In this document: piece after piece, positions 11,898 through 24,547 of the stretch
Layout of the letters: each line of letters starts with the position of its first letter
How positions within the stretch are numbered: position 1 is the stretch's first letter
Assembly: GCF_009914755.1 (NCBI RefSeq)
Contig: NC_060925.1
Strand: one strand, 5' to 3'
DNA: 64,000 nucleotides
From: the human T2T-CHM13v2.0 reference genome, Homo sapiens
The notes under the pieces: model-generated
Told to the model about the DNA's origin: nothing
Databases searched by the model: none
What the model saw: the letters and a program-made list of their open reading frames with translations, nothing else
Translations under genes and position numbers: made by a program

Positions 11898-14177
11898 TGA
11901 TATGGTTTGGCTCTGTCCCCACCCAAATTTCATCTTGAATTCCCAGTGTTGCAGGAGGGACCTGGTTGGAGATAATTGAATCATGGAGGTGGTTTCCCCC
12001 AAACTGTTCTCATGGTAGTAAATAAATCTTACAAGATCTGATGGTTTGATAAGGGAAAATCCGCTTTACTTGGCTCTCATTCTCTCTCCTGCCACTGCCA
12101 TGTGAGCTGTGTCTTTCACCTTCCACCATGATTGCGAGGCCTCCTCCCCAGCTATGTGGAACTGTAAGTCCAATAAACCTAAACCTCTTTCTTGTGTAAA
12201 TTGCCCAGTCTTGGGTATGTCTTTATCAGCAGCATGAAAGTGAACTAATACAGTAAATAGGTACCAGGAGTGGTGTGTTGCTGAAAAGATACCCGAAAAT
12301 GTGGAAATGACTTTGGAACTGGGTAACAGGCAGAGGTCGGAACAGTTTGGAGGGCTCAGAAGATGACAGGAAAATGTGAAAAAGTTTGAAACTTCCTAGA
12401 AACTTGTTGAATGACTTTGCCCAAAATGCTAATAGTGATATGGACAATAAACTCCAGGCTGAGGTGGTCCCAGATGGATATGAGAAACTCGTGGGGAACT
12501 GGAGCAAGAATGACTCTTGTTATGTTTCAGCAAAGACTGGTGGGATTTTGCCCCTGCCCTAGAGATTTGTGGAACTTTGAACTTGAGAGAGATGATTCAG
12601 GGTATCTGGCCGAAGAAATTTCAAAGCTGCAAAGCATTCAAGATATGACTCGGGTGCTGTTAAAGGCATTCAGTATTATAAGGGAAGCAGAGCATAAAAG
12701 TTTAGAAAATTTGCAGCCTGACAATGCGATAGAAAAGAAAAATCCCATTTTCTGAGGAGAAATTCAAGGGGGCTGCAGAAATTTGCATAAGTAACAAGCA
12801 GTCGAACGTTAATCCTCAAGACAATTGGGAAAACGTCTCCAGGGCATGTCACAGGTCTTCATGGCAACCCCTCCCATGACAGGCCCGGAGGCCTAAGAGG
12901 AAAAAGGTGGTTTTGTGGGCTGGCCCCAAGGTCACCTTGCTGTATGCAGCCTAGGGCCTTGTTGCCCTGTGTTCCAGCCACCCCAGCTGTGGCTGAAAGG
13001 GGCCAACATAGAGCTTGGGTCATAGCTTCAGAGGGTGTAAGCCTCAAGCCTTGGCAGCTTCCATGTTGTGTTAAGCCTGTAAGTTCACAGAAGTCAAGAA
13101 TTGAAGTTTGGGAACCTCTGCCTAAATTTCAGAGGATGTATGAGAATGTCTGGATGCTCAGGCAAAAGTTTGCTGCAGGGGCAGGGCCCTCATGGAGAAC
13201 CTCTGCTAGGGCACTGTAGAAGGAATATGTGGAATTGGAGCCCCCACACAGAAGTCCTACTGGGGCACCTATTAGTGGAGCTATGAGAAGAGGGCCACCA
13301 TCCTCCAGGCCCCAGAACAGTAGATCCACTTACAGCTTGCACCCTGTGCCTGGAAAAGCCACAGACACTCATGAGTGCAGCATGGAAAAGCCAGCCCATG
13401 AGTGCAGCCAGGGAGGAGGCTGTACCCTGTAAAGCCACAGGGTCATAGCTGCCCAAGACTATGGGAACCCACCCCTTGCATCAGTGTGACCTGGAAGTGA
13501 GACATCGAGTCAAAGGAGATCATTTTGGAACTTTAAGATTCGACTGCCCTGATGGATTTTGTTTTAGCCAATTTCTCTCATTTGGAATGGGTGTATCTAC
13601 CCAATACCTGTACCTCCATTGTATCTAAGAAGTAAGTAACCAGCTTTTGATTTTACAGGCTCATCGGTGGAATCGACTTGCCTTGTTTCAAATGAGACTT
13701 TGGACTGTGGACTTTTAAGTTAATGCTGAAATGAGTTAAGACTTTGGGGGACTGTTGGAAAGGCATGATTGGTTTTGAAATGCAAGGACAAGGACTTGAG
13801 ATTTGGGAGGGGCCGGGGTGGAATGATATGGTTTGGCTATGTCCCCACCCAAATCTCATCTTGAATTCCCATGAGTTGTGGGAGGGACCCAGTGGGAGAT
13901 AATCAAATCATAGGGGCAGTTTCCCCCATACTGTTCTCATGGTAGTGAGTAAGTCTCACGAGATCTGATGGTTTGATAAGGAGAAACTCCTTTTGCTTGG
14001 CTCTCATTCTCTCTCTTGCTGCTGCTATGTGAGAAGTGCCTTTCACCTTTCACCTTCCACCATGATTTTGAGGCCTCCCCAGCCACGTGGAACTGTAAGT
14101 CCAATAAACCTCTTTCTACTGTAAATTGCCCATTTTCCATTATGTCTTTATCAGAAGCATGAAAACAGGCTAATATA
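11898..14177 (+). mobile_element. Full-length THE1 MaLR element (5'LTR 11898-12252, internal 12253-13823, 3'LTR 13824-14177)
   Basis: Two similar LTRs 'tgatatggtttggct...ctaata(c/t)a'. THE1-int starts 'gtaaataggtaccaggagtgg'. PPT-like 'gggaggggccggggtggaa' precedes the 3'LTR. ORFs 12411..12755 and 12944..13219 are fragments of the MaLR internal ORF. Confidence 0.95.
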
Positions 14178-14755
14178 ATTGTCTTCTCTATTGAATGGAG
14201 ACAAAGTAGAACAGCCTGCTACTGTGCTGTTCCTTCAGTCATGGGACCCCAAATCCATTCAGCTTCTTCTTGCCACCTTTTGGACTTCTTTGGTGGCCTC
14301 TCAATGTTCTTCATTTGCAATTGTACTAAAGATTTAATAGAATCTTGTTCTGACCTGAATCCATTTTCCCTTTGACACAGTTACTTAGCATTTTTTTTTC
14401 CTCTTCAGCTTAGAATACATTTTGCATCAGTGTTAGAGACCATTTTGTTCAGCTTACTGTATACTGATGTCAGTGTTCTCTGGGCTTCTAGAACATTGTT
14501 TAAAAACTAGTGTTCTTGATCATTTCACTCAAAAGCACTGCCTGATTGAAGTTAATATAATTGTGCTTATAATATTTAGTAGTTTTGCATTTATATTATG
14601 TAAATAATTGTCAGTTTTAAACCTTCACCTATTTGCAGTGACAAGAATCACTTAGAAGTGGATTGTAAATATAACTGAAGAACAAAAAAAATCTGTGATT
14701 AAACAGAGCTTTAATAAAAAAGCTTGATTTTAGAGACAGAATATTACGTATACTA

Positions 14756-15075
<320 letters not shown>

Positions 15076-15639
15076 AAACCTTATTAACAAGCATACAGTT
15101 TATGGTTATTAATTGGCTATATAAACATTATTTGTAACTTAGTGTGTTAAAATATCCTCGCAAAAATACTATTGCTTTCTTAGAGTTCTAGGAAACATAT
15201 ATCAACAACCTTTAAATGCAACAACCATTTTATGGGTTATTCAGCTAGACTAGTTGTGGGCTTTGTTCATTTAGATGAATACAGCAAAGTTCTGGAATGA
15301 TCCTATTCTCAATATACTACGTATCGTTCATAGGTCTAATGCCATCTCTCTGGGGGTAAATGAATAACATGGATGAAACTTTAGGCATTCTTTATTTCTT
15401 CCAAATATTTTAGTGTTTGCCCCTCAACCTTTAAACTCGGAAGAGGAACAACTGAAATCATTTTCATTGATCATCAAGACTAAATGGCCTGTTCCACCCT
15501 GTGGACCTTACTTGGCCTTTAGAAGCATGCTGTGTCCTCTTGATGAGAGTTTTGCCATTGAGAAAGAGTTACTAACACCCTCACTACCAACACCCCCTCA
15601 ATATTCTGTCTGTTATTGGTTTCTTCTCTCTACATTGTC

Positions 15640-16590
15640 TCTTCTCTGGTTATCGCTTCACATTTCAATTTGGATTTCTAATTGGCAACGCAAAGTTGAC
15701 ATCCTGAAATGAACTCTCTATTTCCTAGCACCTCTAAACCTTTTCTTTCTCAGAATGTTTTATGGCATTAAATGGTGTCACCGTCCTCCGATTGGTTAAG
15801 CCTCAAACCTATGATTTTTATCTTTCATCCATTCATTTATTTATTCAAATAATAAATATTATTGACCACTTACTCTATGCCACATCTCTTTTTCTCCTCC
15901 TGTCTCCAGGCACCTTGTCCAACTTAACCTTCCATATACACAAAAAATATATTTGTCTTTTCCTCACAGCAGATCAGGCTGGGTCTGATGGAACTAGCGT
16001 TCATTCCTCTACTCTTACTCTCCTTGCAATCTGTCTTCAGTAGTCAGTGTGAGCTTTTGGAAGCATCTATCAGAATAAATTATTTTTGTGTTTAAAACCT
16101 TACTGATTAAACAGAATGGGATCTACATGTTAGTCTTTTACTCTGACTACAAAGCTTTATATGATCTGGCCCCTGTGTCCTATATCTTAACTTTACCTTA
16201 CCTATTTATCTTGGTTACTTTCACCATGTCAGACTTGAAGTTCCACAAACAACTCCAGATTGTTTTAGACCTAATACTAAAGTGCTTTTCTACAGATTTT
16301 TACAAAGCTGTATCCTTGTGGTCATTTAGATGATGGCCTAAGTGTATCCCTCTCCAGAGAGGTTTTACCAAGACCATTCACCACACTTTTCATACTGGCT
16401 CATCATATTTTCATTATAACATTTTTCAAAAAATGATATTTATATATGTTTATTTGTTTAGTGGCTTTCTACTAAAATGCAAATTGGATCAAAACAGGAA
16501 ACCCTTTTTTTTTGTACTGCTATATGTCCACTTCCTACAAGTATTACTGACATCAAATAAATACTCAGAAAATGTATATGGAATAAAACA
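15640..16590 (+). mobile_element. L2 LINE fragments, highly diverged
   Basis: L2-like motifs 'ctacaaagctttatatgatctggcccctg', 'ccctctccagagaggtttt', and a 3' end 'aaataaatactcagaaaatgtatatggaataaa'. Confidence 0.55.
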
Positions 16591-16769
16591 ATACATTAAT
16601 AATATACCACTTATAGAGATAGCTAGCAAAATGCTACCTAAGAAAATACATTGCCATTTAATTATTGAAAATAATATACAACCCAAAGCTTTTCTCAAAC
16701 CTTTGAGGAACTGTAGGCAAAACAGGAAAAATACTTACCTTGAACTGTGGACTCTGCAGACACTAACAG

Positions 16770-17333
16770 TGTCTTAGTCAGCTCAGGCTGCCATAACAAA
16801 ATACCATAGACTGGATGGTTTGAACAATGGGCATTTCTTTCTCACAGCTCTGAAGGCTGGGAAGTTTAAGATTAATGTGCTGGCTGATTCAGTTTCTGGT
16901 GAGGGCCCTCTTCTTGGCCTGCAGTAGCCACCTCCTTTCTGTGTCCTCACAAAGCTTAGCGACTGCTCTCTTTGCCTCTCCTTCCACTTCTTATAAGGAC
17001 ACTAATCCCATCATGGGGGCCCTACCCTCTTGACTTCATCTAAACCTAATTCCCTCCTATATTAGTCAAAATAATTGACTCACATGATTATGGAGACTGA
17101 GAAATACCATGATAGCCCATCTAAACCTGAAGAACTGAGAAAGCTGACAGTAGCTCAGTCCCAGTCTGAAAGCCTCAGAATCAGGGAAGTCAATGTTGTA
17201 ACAGGCAAGTTGACATCTAAAGTTAACCATCACATTTCCCAAAGTTCCCATCTCCTAATACTGTCAGATTGGGGGTTGGGGCTTCAAAACATGAACTTGG
17301 GAGTGGGAAGACTGAAGCTTTCAGTCCATAACA
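16770..17333 (-). mobile_element. MLT1A-like MaLR solo LTR, interrupted at 17058-17234
   Basis: 'tgtcttagtcagctcaggctgccataacaaaataccatagactgg'...'cttataaggacactaatcccatcatggggg'...'ttcagtccataaca'. Confidence 0.85.
17058..17234 (-). mobile_element. MLT2 (ERVL) LTR, internally deleted, nested in MLT1A
   Basis: 'aattgactcacatgattatggagactgagaa', 'cccagtctgaaagcctcagaatcaggg', terminal 'caagttgacatctaaagttaaccatcaca'. Confidence 0.75.
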
Positions 17334-17659
17334 GTTCCTCTATATATGACAATTTTGACCATATCTAATTGGGTCTCTGAATATGGTGAGAAATATTTTC
17401 ACTGATTTAAGAGGCAGAATAGATAAACTAGTTGGTTCAAGAGAAGGGATATTTTTCTTTATCATGAGTTAAAAAATAGACCTCTGGCTTGTGTTTACAA
17501 ATAAGTTATATTTATTTCAGATTTTGTTTATTTTATGAATCAGTATTGAATCAGAAATACTAGGCTGAAAGCTGTTTAATATTAATATTCCTAATATTTT
17601 TCCACAAGTTAATAGAATCTATGAAGATTTTGCAATAGTATTATTTATAAAAAACTAAC

Positions 17660-17850
17660 AAATATTCCACACTTAGTGTGTGCTAGGCACTGTATTATTT
17701 TACATTGATCATCTCAATTTCTATGAAGTATGAACTACGATTTCAGAAGTTTTTTTCAATCCCATTTACAGAGGAAAAGTAATGTTCAGAATGATTGATG
17801 AACTTGACCAAGGTTTCTCAGGGAGTAAACAGTGAACTCAGATTTAACCA
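17660..17850 (-). mobile_element. MIR SINE fragment
   Basis: 'tgtgctaggcactgt...cccatttacagaggaaaagtaatgttcaga...aacttgaccaagg'. Confidence 0.6.
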
Positions 17851-20669
17851 CGAAGAAACAATGTTTGCAACCATTACTCTTTTTGAATTTTACCAAATTA
17901 ATTCATAAGAGACAATCAAAATTCAGTATTATTATATGAGAAGATTTATTTTATGATACTCTACTATTTCTCACATAATATTAATGAGAGTTTTATTTGA
18001 TACATGTTGAAAATTTAGCAATAGGATAACTTGGAATGTGAATATTATTTACTTTTCTTTCTCCCTCTTAGAGGCAGATGTGCCATAATAATAAAGTGTC
18101 TATTGATAATGCTTTATGTTTTCCCCCACTTCTGTCTGTACACTAATGTTATAAATTATGTCTAGTCATTATTTTCAGTAGTTTTTTTTTTTTGCAGTTT
18201 ATTTAAATTTAGCAAGAACAAAACTGAAGTTACACCTTTGGCCCAAACCACTGTTTCAAAGATTCTTTATTTAAAGTAATAATTTTGCAATCCACTCAGT
18301 TGTGCAAACAGAAACCTCTAGCTCTTCAAATAGATTTGTTAATAACATATGACTATCTTATTTAGTGGAAGTTATTCTTAATGCCTTTGCCATTTATTTT
18401 TAGGAAATCAATCAATCTCTGACCAAATTCTATATATGAAATTTGTCTTATGTCTGTCTTTCTTCCCTGTGCCTAGTCATATTTTAAGAATATTATATAT
18501 TCCTAAAATTCAATCCTTTATTTAAAATTGTCATAATTTTGTATAACAGCATTCCTCCCATATAGTTATGTACTTATATTGTGTTTTTTATTTTTTATTA
18601 AATAAATATATTTTATTAAATAGAGTATTTAGAATGTAAATGTTATAATACATTGTTATAAGTAATGGACATTCATCTCAAATGATATAAAGGATGGAGA
18701 AATTGTGAAGTTTTTACTACTTTCAACTTAAAGAATAATATTCATCCTGTATACTTCCAACCTCTGTCTCCACTCCTAACCAAGACAAATAAATACTCAT
18801 TTCTTTCCAGGGAAGATGGATTCCTGAGGTTTTTAGGTACAGGAACACAGCAAAAATATTTAGTTCCTTTATTTTTCTCTTCTGCATAGAGATAAGATAG
18901 TTCTTCTCTATTCTCAATATACCATAAGAGTCACAGGAGAACAATCTCATTTGGAGGAAGATTCCACAGAGTTTTGAGTAGTATATTCAAATCAAATGGA
19001 CATTAAGGATGTGGTTCATTAGCCAGAAACCTTGAAAAAGAGACTAGGAGTGGACTAGCTGAAATAAGAACTAAAACATTAATGGTTTGGGAATAAACAT
19101 GATAAATTGGTATTGGCCATGTCAAATTTAAGTCACCTGTAAAATTCAGATGGATATATTTGGGATGATGTTTCATATCTAGATTAAAAAGTTGAATCTT
19201 CCAAATTAGGTAAGTTTGGACAAAAGTATTAGGTAGAATATTGCAGAAAAAGTCAGAAAATGTTATCTCAGGGGTTACTACAGGGTAAATAGTTTGTTTT
19301 AGGTGAAGGAGAAACTGATTCCTAGAAACTGATTCCTATTGTGCTCCACACAATAGGGCATTAGTTAGACATAATTATGCATGGAACTGAGTGAAGTTCT
19401 GGCCACATGGTCTCTGGCAATTAACCTTGAGCCAAAGGAGTCTGTAAAATATAAATTGATGCACCTTGACCTTAAACTTTAGATGCACAACTTAATATTG
19501 TAAGAAAGAGTGAGGTGAGATCTATGTAAGTGTACAGTAAATATACTGTTTTCTAACCCCAGTCTGTAGGAAGATTCTTTAGAGTAAAGCTCTCATACAG
19601 ATTACTCATGTGTGGTTTGCTCATTTTCAGCAGTTTCTGAACAGTCAACAGGCACCAGGTAAGCTGCCTCTAAATCTGTAATATACACGTACATATCTAT
19701 TACAAGACCCAGGTAGCTTGATTCTCTAGCATGAATAAATTCTCTAGTATCAATAAAATAAAAAATGGAATTAAAAAGTTTACTGAACATTACTTAAGGC
19801 TGAAGTGATTAAAGATATGCTTTTAAAATGCCTCCTTTTAAATCAATGGATTGGATACAGTTCGCGGAATTGTAATACAAATTGCAATTTATCTTCCTTA
19901 AGTTACTCAGAATGAGAAATCATATGTACACACACTTAAGCTTCAGTGTAGTTCAACCCATGTTTTCTTAGTGTATGGGGCTATATTTTGTAATATTTTG
20001 TGATCAGCACTATTAGAAGATCAGGCAAATTTATTAAAAATTATTTATCAGAGGTAGATATGGGAAATTATATTATAGCTAATTATATAAAGAAAATATA
20101 TGTTTTGAACTGTTTTCAGTCCAAAATGATTTCTTTATATGTCTTCTTAATTTTCAAATTAAATACATCTGGAGAAAAGCTAAAATATTTATTTCATGAA
20201 TAAGCATATTATTTGCATAAAATAAAATAATTGCTAAATTGATGTGTCTAATTAAAGCTCAATTAACTTTACTGGTAAAATATAAAGCTATTTGTAAATA
20301 GTATAGAATACAACCCTTACAATGAAGAAAAAATATTTCTCAAAAAATAATGTATCCACTTACACAGTAATAACATTTATTTTCTATAATTAGCTTCTAT
20401 TTAAAGATCCAACTACTATATAAGAAATAAAGTAGGTTCCAACATAGCACCATGCAATCATCGTAACTTTAAAGTGAATGGTTGCTACTGAGATAATGGA
20501 ATATCATCTGGGATAAGCACATTTGGCTTTAACGAAATGAAGTAAACATAGCAAGCAATAGCTCTGAAGTCACAGCATTAATGAAAGATGTACGCTTTAA
20601 TTATCAGCGTGATTATTAGTAAAACATCCTCAATAGGAATAAGCAAATATAATTACAATATCTGTGTGA

Positions 20670-20995
20670 TTTAAGAGGGTGAAAAGGCAAGCAACAGACT
20701 GGAAGAAAATCTTTACAAAACACATATCCAATAAAGGACTGCTATCCCTAACATACAAAGAATTCCTCATGCTCAACAATAAGAAAACAAAAAACAAGAA
20801 GTGTGCTAAACATCTGAACAGACACTTCACCAAAGCAGATATACAGGTGGCAAATAAGCATATGAAAAATTGTTCAGCATCACAGGCATCAGGGTATTGC
20901 ACATAAAGATAACCATGTTACCACAACATATCCATCAGAATGATGAAAATTAAAAAAAAAAAAAAACACTGAATGATGGGAAGAATATGGAGCAA
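20670..20995 (+). mobile_element. Old L1M ORF2 C-terminal fragment
   Basis: ORF 20679..20906 [23 protein letters not shown]...[21 protein letters not shown] matches the L1 ORF2 C-terminus. Confidence 0.85.
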
Positions 20996-21159
20996 AAAAT
21001 TAGTGGCTCTAAGGAAAAATATTTCCTTGACTTTTCTAGATTCTGGTAGCTCAAGAATTTCCTTGGCTTTTGGCAGTAAAACTCCCATTTCTGCCTCCAT
21101 ATTCTCATCACCTTTCTTCTTGTATGTGAAGAAGATTTGTGTGTCAAAGCTCCCTGTGC

Positions 21160-21473
21160 TTTTTTTGTTTGTTTGTTTCTGTTTTTTTAAGATGGAGTTT
21201 CGCTCTTGTTGCCCAGGCTGGAGCGCAACGGCACATTCTCTGCTTACTGCAACCTCCGCCTTCCGGGTTCAAGCGATTTCTCCCGCCTCAGCCTCCGGAG
21301 CAGCGGGGATTACAGGCGCACGCCAGGACGCTCCGCTACTTTTTTGTATTTTTAGTAGAGATGGGGTTTCACCATGTTTGCCAGGCTGCTTTCACTCTCC
21401 TGACCTCAGGTGATCCGCCTGCCTTGGCCTTCCAAAGTGCTGGCATTACAGGGGTGAGCCACCGCGCCAGGCT
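21160..21473 (-). mobile_element. Alu (AluSp/Sq-like)
   Basis: Diagnostic 'gagtttcgctcttgttgcccagg'; short TSD tgcttttt. Confidence 0.95.
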
Positions 21474-21664
21474 GCTTTTTCTTTATTAATGCACTTACCA
21501 TTGTATTTAAGGCCCATTCAAGTAATCCAAGATAATCTCTACAAGAACCTTACATTAATTATCTTCAAGAATCCTAAATTAATTATATCTAAAAAGACAC
21601 TTTTCCAGAGGAGTTCATGGGGTTTCAAGTAATAGAGAATGGTTACATCTTTTGGGGGATACTT

Positions 21665-21975
21665 TTTTTCTTTCTTTCTTTCTTTTTTTTTTTGAGATGG
21701 CATCTGCCTCTGTGGCCCAGGCTGGAGTGCAGTGGCGTGATCTTGGCTCGTTGCAACCTCTGCCTCCCAGATTCAAATGATTCTCTTTCCTCAGCCTCCT
21801 GAGTAGCTGGTATTACAGGCACGTGTCACCACACACGGCTAATTTTTGTATTTTTGGTAGAGATGGGGTTTCCCCATGTTGGCCAGGTTGGTCTCAAACT
21901 CGTGACCTCAGGTGATCCGCCTGCCTCGGCCTCCCAAATTGCTGGAGTTACAGGTGTGAGCCACCGCGCCTGGCC
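21665..21975 (-). mobile_element. Alu (AluSx-like)
   Basis: Full dimer; 'atacttttt' repeated at both ends. Confidence 0.95.
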
Positions 21976-22019
21976 TAAAGCATACTTTTTAACCCACTGC
22001 TTACAATCAAATCCTTTAA

Positions 22020-22510
22020 TATAGTTGGAAATTTTATTATCTCTTTCTCAAACCTGTTAGAACAATTATATAGAAAGTCAATAAGGTATATAATAACTTA
22101 CCCATCATCCAACTTGAGCTAACTGAAATTTATAGAAAAATAATCAATCTAACAGTAGCAGAATATTAAGCCCACATGCAACATTAACCAAGACCTTATT
22201 CTGGGCCATAAACCAAGTTTCAATAAATTGATATTTTAAAGTTTTGAATTATACATGTAATGTTCTCTGACCACATGAAAGTGAATTTTAAATCAATAAA
22301 AGAAAGATACCTGGAAATTTCCCAAATAATTAGAAACTAACACTTTTCAGAATAAATAATGTATCAAAGGACATATTAAAAGGATGCTTAGAAATAATTT
22401 TGAATCAAATAAAAATAAAAGCATTAAATTTCAAAATTTGTCCAAAGTGGCTAACATATTTATTTGAGGGAAATGTACATTTAATGCCTATATTAGAAAA
22501 GAATATAGGT
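22020..22510 (+). mobile_element. Old L1M ORF2 endonuclease-region fragment
   Basis: 'ctaacagtagcagaata', 'ttctgggccataaaccaagtttcaataaatt', 'tgttctctgaccaca', 'aatgcctatattagaaaa'. Confidence 0.7.
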
Positions 22511-24021
22511 TGCATGCATTTTGTGTGTATATGATGTGTGTGTGTGTGTGTGTGATGATATAGACACAGAGGCAAAAAACAAGGTAGATGTCTTCAAGTG
22601 ATAGAAGCAAAATACAAAAACAAAGCTATAAACAGGACCACATTTATATGCCTACCGAATTCAGTGACAGTCTGTGTGACTATTTAATATTTCAATTCAC
22701 ATAGAGTAAAACAGGCTAAAGTGATGATTACCACTCTTGGAGGGGAGTTTGGCTTACTGTATAAAAACTGGGATTGGCATAAGTCTTTTCCTTTCATTAA
22801 GTGATTGCATTTTCTGAGGTTTTTATTGAATTTTATTACTGAAATGTAGATATAGGGAGCAAAGCAGCCTCACATGTAAGAACTGTGTAAAATTACTTGC
22901 TGGCTAACTACACCGAATCTGAGATATATTTTTCTAATTCCAAAAGACAAGAGCAATAAAGCATAAAGAAATTTTGGTGTTGTCTTCAGTGATCTGTGGG
23001 CCCGAATGAGCACACCTTTCAAACCACGAAATAAATTGACAGAAGTACAGTGATAGAAAAATGCAAAATAAATAATATACCAAGTAAAATGTAAAAATAA
23101 GCCTCACTGAAATGAATTTTTAAATGCAAAACTCACTGCCAGTTAAATAATTTAATGTCATAGAAAAAAGATCTCAAGAAAAAACAGTATATCTTTTCCC
23201 TCAAGGAAACAGATATAATAAATTCCAAAAATAGCTTAAAATGTGGTGGTGAAAATATAAAAGAAAATGTAAACATCTGTAGTTATTTGTCTAGACAATT
23301 AAAATAACTTAAAAATGGAAGACTATTAATGAATAATTTATCTAGAATATATATCGGGGCTAAATAAATTTAACTATATCCAAGAGGATCTAAATAAAAG
23401 AGAAGTTTGACTGAAAAGCAAGCCTGTCTAAGAGGAATCCTGGAAGTAAAACATACAAGGATAATGGAATATTTAGTGTCAAGTTTATAAAGGAATGTTA
23501 CAGAATTGAAAAATGATGTGCCTCATGAAAAAGTGTAGATCAATGGGTAAAGAGAGTGTGAGAAGTCATAGCTATATCTAATTACGTAATACCTTATTAG
23601 ATATAAAGAGAAAAGCCCTGTACAATGCATCAGAAATAGAAATGAGGGAAGATTTCTTAAGTGATGGAAAAGGATGTTATAAACCATAATCTATATATTA
23701 GGAGTGGATGACCTGACTTGTTAAGTGCCATAATCATTACTAGTGTAGCAATTTGTTTTTCCCATTTGGCAATCACGTGGATGATGATATTAAAACCAAA
23801 CAGGAAAAAAAAAGGAACACTAACTGTCAATTCTATGTTCCTCTTCTTGTCTGTGTGTCCACATAAGCTACAACTTAACTTTGGATATGTTTGCAAAAGA
23901 AACAAGGGAAGTGATGAATAGCAGAATCTGCCTGTTGCACAAAAATGGACAAAAGTAAAGGCAACCCTGTTCCAGGGTGAAGTATTTATATTTCCAATTC
24001 TGAAAGTAGAGCCAAACTAGC

Positions 24022-24547
24022 TGTCAAAGATGAACAAAGCTGGGTGCTAAAGTGTTATGAACATATTTCCATCATTAATATACTACTCCAATGGGGAAAA
24101 GGGACCAGAATGAACTGAACTCAACCTTAATTTGTGTAGAAGTGGCTGACTGAGGATTTTAAAGGGAGAATGAGGCATTGAGGAAGGGATGGTGCATGTG
24201 AACTCGTAAGAGCTGGAAAGTAAAACATTACAAAAAAGCCCGAAAGGAGACTGTTGTCCTTATAAAGCCCATCTGGGTTTGTTAACTGACACTTATCAAA
24301 TTTAGGCTCCTGTTTTCCTGCAGAGACTTCATGTGGGAGCTGGAATGAACAGTGAATTCTTTTGGCAGGATGTATTTTCTTGGATAGTCAATTTAATCAG
24401 AGCTCAGGTATCCCTAGGAAGGCAGCCTTGAGCTATTCAAAGCTACGTTGGTGTGTTTTTCAAGTCTTTATGGGCCAAGGTTGAGGTGCAGTAGAGAAAA
24501 TAACTCATAGTGGACTGGATAGAGTTTGGTCAAGAATCTTTGTCTCA
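24022..24547 (-). mobile_element. ERV1 solo LTR, MER67/MER31-like
   Basis: 'tgtcaaagatgaacaaagc' ... 'caagtctttatgggccaaggttgagg...agagtttggtcaagaatctttgtc'. Confidence 0.7.

Larger units (their letters stand above)
10101..14340 (-). mobile_element. Continuation (ORF1 and 5' region) of the ancient L1M, interrupted by LTR15-like and THE1 elements
   Basis: 10101-10240 'aataacaaattcctt...tctgaaaaaat...tttacttctgaaggacattttt' is antisense L1M ORF1 and is collinear with 4921-4960. 14225-14330 resembles the L1MC/MD 5' end. Confidence 0.55.
21005..22005 (-). mobile_element. MLT1C/D-like LTR fragment interrupted by two Alus
   Basis: 'cttttctagattctggtagct...ttccttggcttttggcagtaaaactcccatttctgcctcc' and 'atttaaggcccattcaagtaatccaagataatctc'. 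Confidence 0.65.

Noticed and set aside
20973-21489. 146 aa and 116 aa ORFs
   Set aside because: They read through MLT1 and an antisense Alu, giving typical Alu-derived peptides. The same applies to the ORFs at 14753, 25797, 26862, 51471 and 52412.
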